Assembly (NCBI GenBank): GCA_038228235.1
Contig: JBBRPK010000010.1
Coordinates: 4,551 to 68,550 of the forward strand
Source of the DNA: Verrucomicrobiota bacterium
Lineage (GTDB): Bacteria > Verrucomicrobiota > Verrucomicrobiia > Limisphaerales > JBBRPK01
Direction of reading: 5' to 3'
Length of the DNA: 64,000 bases
In this document: one piece after another, positions 52,617 to 60,708 of the stretch
Layout: each line of letters opens with the position of its first letter
Numbering within the stretch: position 1 is the first letter of the stretch
Translations under genes and position numbers: made by a program
Notes under the pieces: generated by a model
Database searches by the model: none
The model's input: the letters and a program-made list of their open reading frames with translations, nothing else
Told to the model about the DNA's origin: nothing

Positions 52617-53173
52617 TGCACCGCCAGGACAGTCGTGAGGCCATCACCGCTCAGCAACCCGGCGTTGTTCAACTGCCTCGCCAGACTCCTCTGCCGTTGC
52701 CCGATTTTGGCGCTTTTCCCCTCATTCATCCGTAGCGGCATCAGCTCGAGATTGGCAATCACATGGTCCAGCTCCGGCGCGACCTTGAGGGGAATAATAT
52801 GGTCCACGCTCGCATGGTCGCCCGCATAAGGACCACGGCGGACCGTCGCTCCATGGCCCTTCCGCATCCCGGCTAATCCCGCCTCATCCAGACACCCAAG
52901 CCGCTCCGCAATTACCAAATTCCGCAGCATCGCCTCCGAAGTTAATTGTGCCGCCGCTCCCTTCATTCCCACGAGCGCCACCGCGTCCTTCACCACGCGC
53001 TCAGGCGGAAGTCCCGCCGCCTTGGCCTCTGCGAGTTGCGCTACATATTTCTCCACCCGCGGATTCGCCCGCCGTTGTCCCAGGGTGGCAAGTTTCGCAG
53101 GGTCAATAAGGCTGGCAACTTTCTGGGAATAACTGGCCAGTTCCACCGCAGGCACCAAGAGGGCCCCGGACAC
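52613..53173 (-). CDS. HNH-family nuclease domain protein (186 aa)
   Basis: C-terminal GDHASVDHIIPLKVAPELDHVIANLELMPLRMNEGK fits the HNH motif (DH..P...N......N). There are no zinc-binding cysteines. The N-terminal ~110 aa is unassigned. GTG start. Confidence 0.7.
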   Translation of the reverse strand: MSGALLVPAVELASYSQKVASLIDPAKLATLGQRRANPRVEKYVAQLAEAKAAGLPPERVVKDAVALVGMKGAAAQLTSEAMLRNLVIAERLGCLDEAGLAGMRKGHGATVRRGPYAGDHASVDHIIPLKVAPELDHVIANLELMPLRMNEGKSAKIGQRQRSLARQLNNAGLLSGDGLTTVLAVQ

Positions 53174-53250
53174 CGAACTAATCCACTGCCCCGGACGTAT
53201 AGCCCTAAGCGCGGGCAGCGCACCCGGAAACTCCGTTTCCTTTTCAGCCG
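53162..53250. repeat. ~87-bp imperfect direct repeat, copy 2 (partner at 48361-48447)
   Basis: See 48361-48447. It lies in the divergent region between the HNH gene and the 269-aa orphan. Confidence 0.7.
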
Positions 53251-53326
53251 CCGCAGTTCACCGCACCGACCGTCAGTCCCAGCACCTTGACAATAGCACT
53301 GGCACCGCGACAATACGCTTGAGCCG

Positions 53327-54136
53327 ATGATGCTACAGTCAACCACAGAAGAATTGCTGATCGTCACGAAAACCTACCCTTCGCCAAGCACCAAATATCG
53401 AGAGACGACATGCGTTGCAGCTATCAACGTTCAAGGCCAGATGCGCCGCCTTTTTCCAGTGCCTTACCGTTTGCTCGATGGAGACTCACAATTCAAAAAA
53501 TGGGAGTGGATCAACGCGCGAATCAGCAGGGCCGACGGGGATAATCGCCCGGAGAGCCACCGCATCGACGCGGATTCAATAGATCGTCCCGGCAAAGTGA
53601 TCGCAACGAAAAATGGCGACTGGACTGAACGCCTCGGCTGGATAAAGCCCCATGTCGTGGAAAGCTTCACTGCGTTGGAGGCTCGACGCCAGAAAACCGG
53701 CGAAACCCTGGGCTTCATTCGCCCCGACCGGATCACTTTAAAAATCAGCCCGACCAAAGAGCCTGACTGGACGGACGCCGATAGAATAAAGCTCTCCCAA
53801 GATGGACTTTTCGACAGCATCGAGGTCAAGGGCCGCCACCCACTGCGTAAACTGCCGTATGACTTCCATTATGAGTACGAATCTGGCAACGAGACGCAAA
53901 CCCACAAGCTGACGGATTGGGAAATCGGGGCACTGTATTGGAAGTGCATCGCGGCCTACGGGCCGAAGGGATGGGAGGAGAAGTTCCGTCTACGGCTGGA
54001 ACAGGATTTCGCCACGAAGAATCTCCATTTGCTGATGGGCACGATTCATCGGTTCCCCGAGCAATGGCTCATCGTTGGAATTGTTTACCCGCCTAAGCAG
54101 CAACAGCTTCACGCCGAACAACTCGGCCTGTTATAG
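53327..54136 (+). CDS. Conserved-looking hypothetical protein (269 aa), no recognisable domain
   Basis: Long clean ORF with ordinary composition (LIVTKTYPSPSTKYRETTCVAAI..RLFPVPYR...DWEIGALYW..). The 3' end overlaps the DUF488 gene by 44 nt in convergent orientation. Confidence 0.65.
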   Translation: MMLQSTTEELLIVTKTYPSPSTKYRETTCVAAINVQGQMRRLFPVPYRLLDGDSQFKKWEWINARISRADGDNRPESHRIDADSIDRPGKVIATKNGDWTERLGWIKPHVVESFTALEARRQKTGETLGFIRPDRITLKISPTKEPDWTDADRIKLSQDGLFDSIEVKGRHPLRKLPYDFHYEYESGNETQTHKLTDWEIGALYWKCIAAYGPKGWEEKFRLRLEQDFATKNLHLLMGTIHRFPEQWLIVGIVYPPKQQQLHAEQLGLL

Positions 54137-54578
54137 GCCCGGTGAGATGATAAATCCGCACGCTGTCACCCGCCAGAGCAACAACCCGCTCCGCGACAAA
54201 TGAGCGGTGACAGAAATTGTAATCTTCTTCGTAACAGACAAGGCAACACCGTTCGGTTTGCATCCACGCGGCTAGGCGTTCAAGGGCTGTCTCCTGAGTT
54301 TCCAAATACTCCTTGAACCGTCGCGTATAGTTAGTCCAGTCACCATCATCCCGGTATTCATGCCGAACGGCCCGAGGGCAGCCTAACTCCGCAACATGCT
54401 CGTATTTCATGCCCCGTGCCGTCACAGCCGCTTTTAAGGCCGATTTGGCAAAGCCAGGCCGCCGACTAATCGGCAGTTCTCGCACATCCACCAGCATCGA
54501 AACGTGACACCGCTCCAGAAGCTCGAAAAACGCCTCTGGCGTCTGCCCCTCATAACCGACTGTCATTAGTTCAATCAT
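54093..54578 (-). CDS. DUF488 (YeaO-like) family protein
   Basis: LMTVGYEGQTPEAFFELL....V..LVDVRE.P.SRRPGFAK..L........Y.H...LG.P......Y.....W..Y...F..YL........L..........CL.C.E.....CHR matches the DUF488 consensus as remembered. Confidence 0.85.
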   Translation of the reverse strand: MIELMTVGYEGQTPEAFFELLERCHVSMLVDVRELPISRRPGFAKSALKAAVTARGMKYEHVAELGCPRAVRHEYRDDGDWTNYTRRFKEYLETQETALERLAAWMQTERCCLVCYEEDYNFCHRSFVAERVVALAGDSVRIYHLTGPITGRVVRREAVAA

Positions 54579-54670
54579 GGACTTGCCGCTTTTAATGCCA
54601 GAGCGAACCCGCTCCGGCCAGTTTAATCAACCCACGTATCATGCGCACAGCAAAAGCAGGTCCAACGGCC

Positions 54671-54945
54671 TCACGCCGCCGCGACCACGGGCAACGCCAC
54701 GATGTTGGACGCTGCTCCGGTCTGCCGCGCCGCCTTGGCCGCTTCCACCGCCTCAGGCGTGATTCCAAACCACTTTTCTGCATCCGTTGGCCGGACGATT
54801 TCCCGGTAATTCGTGAACACCATCCGAGGCGAGTTGCCAGCTTCCAAGGAAACCTTTGCCACGTCCTGCGTTTGCGCCACCCGATAGCTGATGAACGAAT
54901 GCCTCAGCGCATTGTGCTTCCAGGCAAAGAGCCTTTCCCCTGCCC
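54671..54945 (-). pseudogene. C-terminal ~90 codons of a tyrosine integrase (copy 3), truncated upstream by a tandem repeat, next to ssrA
   Basis: ..ERLFAWKHNALRHSFISYRVAQTQDVAKVSLEAGNSPRMVFTNYREIVRPTDAEKWFGITPEAVEAAKAARQ..* contains a box II-like H..LRHS and the catalytic-Tyr region (..NY). No N-terminal or core-binding part is present. Confidence 0.7.
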
Positions 54946-54946
54946 C

Positions 54947-55002
54947 GTCCTCGGTCCTCCGTCCTCGGTCCTCCGTCTTCCGTCTTCCGTCTTCCGTCTT
55001 CC
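54947..55002. repeat. Tandem repeat: 2 x 14-mer (GTCCTCGGTCCTCC) followed by 4 x 7-mer (GTCTTCC)
   Basis: Read directly from 54947-55002. It lies between the integrase remnant and the ssrA 3' end. Confidence 0.9.
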
Positions 55003-55063
55003 GTCCACATGGGGCGATACTGTCCGAAGCGCAAACACTTTCTTCATTTTCCCAAGAAAAAAG

Positions 55064-55415
55064 TGGTGGAGGCGGCGGGAGTTGAACCCGCGTCCCTGAA
55101 CAAGGAACCAGCCGCGACTACATGCTTAGTCAGAAGAGAGTTTCAGCCGCCGGATAACGTTCTGACCCGAATCCGGTTGCCTAGTCAGCATGGAAAAGTT
55201 TCAGCGTACCGCGCGCTGTCTCCGCGTTTCGCCAAGCCTGCTGTGGCGTTCATCCACCGTAGCAGGCGTCCAGTGGTGAACGTCGCGACACGTTAGGCCG
55301 CGAGAGCTAATTCTTGGTTAGCAGTTATTTTTGGTCCGATGATTTACGAGGCCCACGAACCATCCTCGGCATGCCGCCTCTGGCGCATTTTCCAGGTCGA
55401 AACCAGTACGCCCCC
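55064..55415 (-). ncRNA. ssrA: tmRNA (transfer-messenger RNA)
   Basis: 5' end GGGGGCGTACTGGTTTCGACCTGG and 3' end GGACGCGGGTTCAACTCCCGCCGCCTCCACCA. The acceptor stem has a G3:U70 pair and the T-arm is GCGGG-TTCAACT-CCCGC. The internal tag frame AAAAATAACT GCT AAC CAA GAA TTA GCT CTC GCG GCC TAA (55293-55322) encodes ANQELALAA. Confidence 0.92.
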
Positions 55416-55426
55416 GACAATTGAGA

Positions 55427-55457
55427 ATAATATCAGAGAGAAACCGGCTAAGGTCAA
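55427..55457 (-). promoter_or_regulatory. Candidate sigma-70-type promoter for ssrA
   Basis: The minus strand reads TTGACC (55457-55452), a 17-nt spacer, then GATATT (55434-29, overlapping TATTAT). This lies ~13 nt upstream of the mature 5' end. Sequence pattern only. Confidence 0.3.
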
Positions 55458-55506
55458 GGATGAACAGACGGCAGTGGCATCGTGACAATTTGAATCCTCC
55501 CATGGC

Positions 55507-55569
55507 AGGACGAGTTCCACGAGTCCCGATTTCCTCGAGGGTCGATCAGGGACTCGTGGAACTCGTCCT
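55507..55569. repeat. Long-hairpin repeat, family B, copy 3
   Basis: AGGACGAGTTCCACGAGTCCC (21-nt loop) GGGACTCGTGGAACTCGTCCT. It lies between the SGNH-like gene and ssrA. Confidence 0.85.
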
Positions 55570-55596
55570 TCCCAGGGGGGCGACTGAAAGGCCTAA

Positions 55597-56784
55597 TCAC
55601 GGACTTTTTAGCCACTGCTGAAAACTCTCAGTCTTGTAGAGCGTTTGCGCCAGCAGCTCGTAGCCCGCGGTCAACGGATGACTGGCGTCGGCGTAAAGGG
55701 AACTCGGCAGCGTCTCCGGCACAACGTGGGGGACTTGATGTTGGGACAGCCAAAGCGCGATTCCGTCGCGCACTTTCCGGTAAGCCGGTCGATTTTCCTC
55801 GGCCACTATATGCTCGTTGAAAGGCCCAAGCACAATCAGAACGTCGTCTCCCCGCCGCTGGAGGATTCCGATCAAGCGTTGGAAGGCGTGCCATTGCAGG
55901 GAAGAGTCAAGATCTACCCAGTCAAAGCGAGTCGGGCTGCCAGCGGTCTCCCAGGATTTGTGCCTGGGACTGTTCGGACCGCGTAGTGGATCGTTCGGAG
56001 GAGCGGACGGGACGGAGAACGTGATCTGGCTGAAAGGGTTTTTGCGGACATTTGGGTAGCGCGGCGGATCACCAGCATCCTCAGCCAGCGTCCATGTCAA
56101 AATGCTCTGCTGACCGAAATAGGCATTTTGCAAATGATTTCCCCAAGACACAAAACCCACCTCGCGCTCCACGATTGCGCTCAGTCGTTCGGTGGCCTCG
56201 GCTTTGTAACAAAGGATGCGCGGAAAAAACTGCGGAACGAGGCGCGAATGGTTGAAGGGCTCCTCTTTGTCTGTGCTCAGGTCGGCTTTGGCGCTGCTCA
56301 TCCAAAGCACGTTGCATTGCACAATGACCTTTTGGTTGCGCAACGGCTGGCCGTAGTAATGGATCAAACCTTCGAGCGCCAGCGGGAAAAGCCCGTTCAC
56401 TCCCCCATTGATGAACCGGTCCTTCCCCCCTGCTTCTCGATTGAGAAAATGCGACCAGGTTCCGTCGGGCAAAACGTATTCACCCCAGACCACCGAGTCC
56501 CCCAGCACAATGATTTTCTTTTTATCACTCACCCGTGTTAGCCGGCGATGATATAACCAGTAATCTTTGCTGAGAGTGTAAGGGATGCGGTAGTCAGGGC
56601 CGGTCTCGAACCGCTCGACTTTGTCCCAGAGCCGCGGCGTCAGCAGGATTACCACCAGCAGGATGATGAAGGTGGCGAGCCATTGTGGTCCGTTCAGCCG
56701 GACCTCGTTCACGCCAAATGGAACTTCGAGAACCGAAGGTTTTCTCCTCTCCCCGACCGGACTTGGAGGTGTTGGACTTGCCAT
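55597..56784 (-). CDS. SGNH/GDSL-like hydrolase/acyltransferase partner of the MBOAT protein (DltD/AlgJ/AlgX-like role)
   Basis: One N-terminal TM segment (WLATFIILLVVILL) and GDSL block I (KIIVLGDSVVWGEY). It lies immediately downstream of the MBOAT gene. The start is either the ATG at 56784 or the ORF-track start at 56814. Confidence 0.7.
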   Translation of the reverse strand: MASPTPPSPVGERRKPSVLEVPFGVNEVRLNGPQWLATFIILLVVILLTPRLWDKVERFETGPDYRIPYTLSKDYWLYHRRLTRVSDKKKIIVLGDSVVWGEYVLPDGTWSHFLNREAGGKDRFINGGVNGLFPLALEGLIHYYGQPLRNQKVIVQCNVLWMSSAKADLSTDKEEPFNHSRLVPQFFPRILCYKAEATERLSAIVEREVGFVSWGNHLQNAYFGQQSILTWTLAEDAGDPPRYPNVRKNPFSQITFSVPSAPPNDPLRGPNSPRHKSWETAGSPTRFDWVDLDSSLQWHAFQRLIGILQRRGDDVLIVLGPFNEHIVAEENRPAYRKVRDGIALWLSQHQVPHVVPETLPSSLYADASHPLTAGYELLAQTLYKTESFQQWLKSP

Positions 56785-56785
56785 A

Positions 56786-58387
56786 TCAGAACTGAAAGTA
56801 AATGAACGCCCCACCGCCGGAGGAGCAGAGGCAAAGATAGATCACGAGGAAAACCGCCAAGGCCACGCGAACCACTGCGGTTTTAAGAAGCGGGCGAAAC
56901 TGCGATTCGTAGAGGAATTCGTAGAGCCAGACCATCGCCACCAACGCCACCATCAGCATCGGAATCTGGGGATCCTGCCAGGCGCCCGTGAAAATGCGCT
57001 GGACGATAAACAATGCATCGTGGAGGGAATCAGCGCGAAAGAAAATCCAGGTGAAGGAGACGAACATGAACACCGCGCCTTGCTTGAGCAGCTTCGGCAC
57101 CCGCTCGCGATAGAAGGCGGACCGTTCCAATTCGCGGGTGACCAGCACCCCCAAACCGTGCAGCAATCCCCAGATGACGAACGTCCAGGCCGCGCCATGC
57201 CAGATGCCGGAAATCAGAAAGGTGAGCAGGAGATTCCTATAAGTCTTGAACGCTCCCCCTCGATTACCGCCCAGGGGGATATAAACATAATCCCGAAACC
57301 AGGAGGAAAGGCTTATATGCCAGCGGGACCAAAATTCACCCAGACTTGTTGACAGATAGGGATTGTTGAAATTTAAAATCAAATTGAAGCCCATCAGTTT
57401 GGCGACCCCGCGGGCCATGTCCGTGTATCCGCTGAAGTCGAAAAAAATCTGCCATCCAAATGCAATGGTGGCGAGAATGAGGGCGGGGGCGCCGAAGGCC
57501 GCGGGACGATCGTAAACGCGCTCGACATAAAACGAAAGATAGTTGGCCAGCGCCAGCTTCTTGAAGAGGCCGACGAGGAAGAGCGACGCGCCGTCCGTAA
57601 AATTCTGCAGGCGGATGGGAGGAAATTGATGAAATTGGGGGAGCAGATGTTTGGCCCGCTCGATTGGGCCGGCCATCAATTGCGGAAAAAAACAAACGAA
57701 CGTCGCGAATCGAAGAAAGTTTCGTTCCCGTTGCACATTACCTAGATAGAAGTCGATGGTGTAACTCATGGATTGAAATGTGAAAAACGAGATGCCGACC
57801 GGAAGCACGTAAGCGAAGCCATAGGGCATAAGGGCGGACGGATCGGGCAAATGCACCGTAGCATGAAGCCAGGACAAAGCGGCGTTCAAGTTCTCAACAA
57901 GAAAGCGGGCGTATTTAAAAAAGAGCAGCAGCGCTAGATTGTTCACAAGGCTGATGATGAGCCAAATTCGGCGGCTGCTAAATAAGGCGCCCAAAGCCAT
58001 AAGAAGCATGATCAAATCGAATCCCAGCATGGCAGGCCGCAGCGTCAGTGGCCCGGCCAAAGCCACGGCCAGGAGGCCAAGCGCGGCCAGTGACGAGGTA
58101 ACAAATCCGACTAGCAGAAACCGATCCTGGAACCGCAGGCGGGTCAAACGGGCGAGTACGTCCACTTTCTGTTTCTCGCGCGGACAATGGTCCATAAATG
58201 CGACCAGGAAGTAATCCAAAGTAGTGGAATAAGCCACCAGCAACAGATAATAAGGATTCCACCAGCCATAGAAGAAGTAGGAGGCGATTGCCAGCCACGG
58301 AAGCCAAAGCCGGGTTTTCCGCAACGCGAAGAAAACCGGAAGGACGATCAGCAGAAAAATCAGGAACGGCCAGGTGTGGAAAAGCAT
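56786..58387 (-). CDS. MBOAT-family membrane-bound O-acyltransferase (AlgI/DltB-like)
   Basis: Polytopic membrane protein with FWSRWHISLSSWFRDYVYIPLGG and FLISGIWHGAAWTFVIWGLLHG, the conserved His-containing MBOAT motifs. Confidence 0.9.
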   Translation of the reverse strand: MLFHTWPFLIFLLIVLPVFFALRKTRLWLPWLAIASYFFYGWWNPYYLLLVAYSTTLDYFLVAFMDHCPREKQKVDVLARLTRLRFQDRFLLVGFVTSSLAALGLLAVALAGPLTLRPAMLGFDLIMLLMALGALFSSRRIWLIISLVNNLALLLFFKYARFLVENLNAALSWLHATVHLPDPSALMPYGFAYVLPVGISFFTFQSMSYTIDFYLGNVQRERNFLRFATFVCFFPQLMAGPIERAKHLLPQFHQFPPIRLQNFTDGASLFLVGLFKKLALANYLSFYVERVYDRPAAFGAPALILATIAFGWQIFFDFSGYTDMARGVAKLMGFNLILNFNNPYLSTSLGEFWSRWHISLSSWFRDYVYIPLGGNRGGAFKTYRNLLLTFLISGIWHGAAWTFVIWGLLHGLGVLVTRELERSAFYRERVPKLLKQGAVFMFVSFTWIFFRADSLHDALFIVQRIFTGAWQDPQIPMLMVALVAMVWLYEFLYESQFRPLLKTAVVRVALAVFLVIYLCLCSSGGGAFIYFQF

Positions 58388-58423
58388 AAGCTGATCAACG
58401 ACTCACCAGGAGAGGCATCCGAT

Positions 58424-59554
58424 TCATTTTCCGTTTCTCAAACGCTGCAACTCCTCGGCGGTGACCCGCCGCACACAACGGAAGCCGCAATAATCGGTGA
58501 AGAAGCAGGCGTCGGTGTCGCCAGTTCGTTGCCCCTGGCGGAACGTGGCCCGGCACATTTCGGCGCTGGCTTTCCAGTTGCCGCCGCGCATTACCCGCCG
58601 CACGTCCTTGCCGGGGCTCGGCGGCCCGCGCGGATCAAGAGCCGGGCTCTCCTTATAATAAGCCGGGCTGTAAACATCCTCACACCATTCGGAGACATTT
58701 CCATACAAATCATAAAGTCCCCAGCGGTTCGGTTTTTTTTGACTTACCGGATGAGTTTTCTGGTCAGCGTTGCCGGCAAACCAGGCGTATTGCCGTAATT
58801 TGTCCGGCTGCCCAAAATCGTAGGCGCCCTCCGCCCCAGCCCGGCAGCCATACTCCCATTCAGCTTCAGTAGGCAGGCGATAACCATTCGCTGCATAGTC
58901 GCAGTCCCAATCGGGGGTTTTTTCGTCATAGCAGGGTTTCAAACCTTCCAGCAAGGAGCGCTCGTTGCAGTATTGCTTGGCGTCGCGCCAGCGCACGCGC
59001 TCGACCGGTTTCTTGGGCTGATCCTGCCAATGCGAAGGGTTGGGCAACTCCGCCTTCGCAAACATCTCGTGGGTCACCTCAAATTTGTCCATCAAAAACC
59101 CAGTGAGCTTGACCTTGTGTGCCGGCGCTTCGTCCGGATTTCCCTGATTACTCCCCATCAGGAATTCACCGCCAGCTAAGTAAACCATCTCGATTCCCGA
59201 CTTGGTGGAGATTTCGATAGGGCTGCTCGAATCGTTCCGCGCAAGTTCTGGCTTGGCTCCGCTTCCGGAATCGGACCTGCTTTTTTCACAGGATACCAAT
59301 GAAGCGGTGGCAACAGCCAACACCAGGAAACGGAGCGCCACGCCCAAACGATGACCCAGCGCCAATGCCCAGGGCCTAGAGAGTCGCACAGGCGGCCGCA
59401 CCGGAGCGCGGACTGCAGTCCGCTTCGAGGCCTGATTACTCCGAGATCCCGCAAACCAACCGCCTCGATTCCATAGCGCGCGTTGGAACGGACTAAAGTC
59501 CGCGCTCCGAAAAACTCGCAGGGTGCGAAGAAATTTGATAATGCTGGTCATCAT
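58424..59554 (-). CDS. Formylglycine-generating-enzyme-like (SUMF1/FGE-sulfatase domain) lipoprotein
   Basis: MVYLAGGEFLMGS......EAPAHKV.L..F.MDK.EVT...F, YRLPTEAEWEY.CRAG, GLYDL.GNVSEWC.D and RV.RGG.W match the domain. Lipobox-like LAVATASLVSC. The start is uncertain. Confidence 0.85.
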   Translation of the reverse strand: MMTSIIKFLRTLRVFRSADFSPFQRALWNRGGWFAGSRSNQASKRTAVRAPVRPPVRLSRPWALALGHRLGVALRFLVLAVATASLVSCEKSRSDSGSGAKPELARNDSSSPIEISTKSGIEMVYLAGGEFLMGSNQGNPDEAPAHKVKLTGFLMDKFEVTHEMFAKAELPNPSHWQDQPKKPVERVRWRDAKQYCNERSLLEGLKPCYDEKTPDWDCDYAANGYRLPTEAEWEYGCRAGAEGAYDFGQPDKLRQYAWFAGNADQKTHPVSQKKPNRWGLYDLYGNVSEWCEDVYSPAYYKESPALDPRGPPSPGKDVRRVMRGGNWKASAEMCRATFRQGQRTGDTDACFFTDYCGFRCVRRVTAEELQRLRNGK

Positions 59555-59601
59555 GGCTCACTGAAATTGTTCGGCTATCCCGCCATGGACAATGAGTTCG
59601 G

Positions 59602-60708
59602 TCATCGCGGCGAGAACCAGGCGGGTTCCTTGTTGCTCCATCCATTCGTCGTCAGCATCGTGAAGTCTCCCTCTGTGGCATGGTTGAGATCCAGAACGCC
59701 GTCCCGTTCCGCTGATACCGCGCAAAGGTTCCAGCCCGAGGCATACACGCCCACGATTCCAAACGCGGCCTGGAACGTGCCCAGTTTGCCTGGCTCACCC
59801 CTTCCTTCCGGCCCGCGGCTGAAGCACAGAAAGCGGCTGTCGGGCGACCAGTCCACGTGGATGATTCGGTTTTTTTCGTCCTGAATGCGCAAGCGCCTGG
59901 CCGCAACGGCCGGTTGATCCGAGTCCAGGTCGATGGGAGCAGCCGCGATTTCGTAGTCGCCAGCCCCCCATGCAATCTGCCGGCCATCCGGACTCAGCGA
60001 GGGGCGGCAGCCAGTAATTTCCAGGTTAATAATCTTTGGTCCATGCGTCTCGATAAGCAAAATGCCGTGGCTTACTCCCATTCCCGCGTGCACGCTGGCC
60101 ACGATCCATTTGCCATTGGGCGCAAAGCAAGGGTTGTAGAGATGATGGAGATTTGTGCTGTTTGGGTGCGGTTCGGTTTTATCCGTGGCAAGATTGTAAA
60201 ACATCATTCCTTTGGTGTAGTAATCGATCACATTGAACTTGGGATACTCCTGCGGCAGGTAGCCGAGTGTCTTGCTGTCCGGTCCCCAGAATGGTTCGCG
60301 CGCATAATCAGCGATCTTTTTTCGATGCTGGCCATTGACATCCATAACGTAAAGACTGCGGATGGTTTCCCTTCCTTCCCCTTCATCCACTGAAAAGCAA
60401 ATCTTCGTCCCATCGGGCGACACTTGTGGATAGTGCTCGTGCGTCCTGGGAGTGCGGGTAAGGTTCATCGGCTGAGAGCCATCCGCGTTCATGACGAAAA
60501 TTTCCCAGTTATCATCGAGATAACATTCATATGCGATCTTGAACGGCAGGACCTTCAATCGCTCCCGAAGCGAATTCTGGGCGCCCGACGTGGTCATTGC
60601 AGTCAGGCACAGCGCTGCCAAGCAGCAGGCCCGGAGTGCGCCCGTCCCCGGGCGCAGCAACGCGCGAAAACCCGAGCGGAACCAATTTTGCTCTTCACCG
60701 TGCGGCAT
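59602..60708 (-). CDS. TolB-like beta-propeller (PD40/WD40-like repeat) protein
   Basis: Repeated PD40 signatures are present: YPQVSPDGTKICFS, PFWGPDSKTLGY, PCFAPNGKWIV, PSLSPDGRQIAW, VDWSPDSRFLCF. N-terminal signal-like segment. Confidence 0.75.
   Translation of the reverse strand: MPHGEEQNWFRSGFRALLRPGTGALRACCLAALCLTAMTTSGAQNSLRERLKVLPFKIAYECYLDDNWEIFVMNADGSQPMNLTRTPRTHEHYPQVSPDGTKICFSVDEGEGRETIRSLYVMDVNGQHRKKIADYAREPFWGPDSKTLGYLPQEYPKFNVIDYYTKGMMFYNLATDKTEPHPNSTNLHHLYNPCFAPNGKWIVASVHAGMGVSHGILLIETHGPKIINLEITGCRPSLSPDGRQIAWGAGDYEIAAAPIDLDSDQPAVAARRLRIQDEKNRIIHVDWSPDSRFLCFSRGPEGRGEPGKLGTFQAAFGIVGVYASGWNLCAVSAERDGVLDLNHATEGDFTMLTTNGWSNKEPAWFSPR

Noticed and set aside
54947-55002. Possible CRISPR-like or coding repeat
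   Set aside because: The units are 7-14 nt, contiguous and without spacers, so this is a simple tandem repeat and not a CRISPR array. The ORF 54753..55034 through it (..TEDGRRKTEDGRRKTEDGG..) is an artefact of the repeat.
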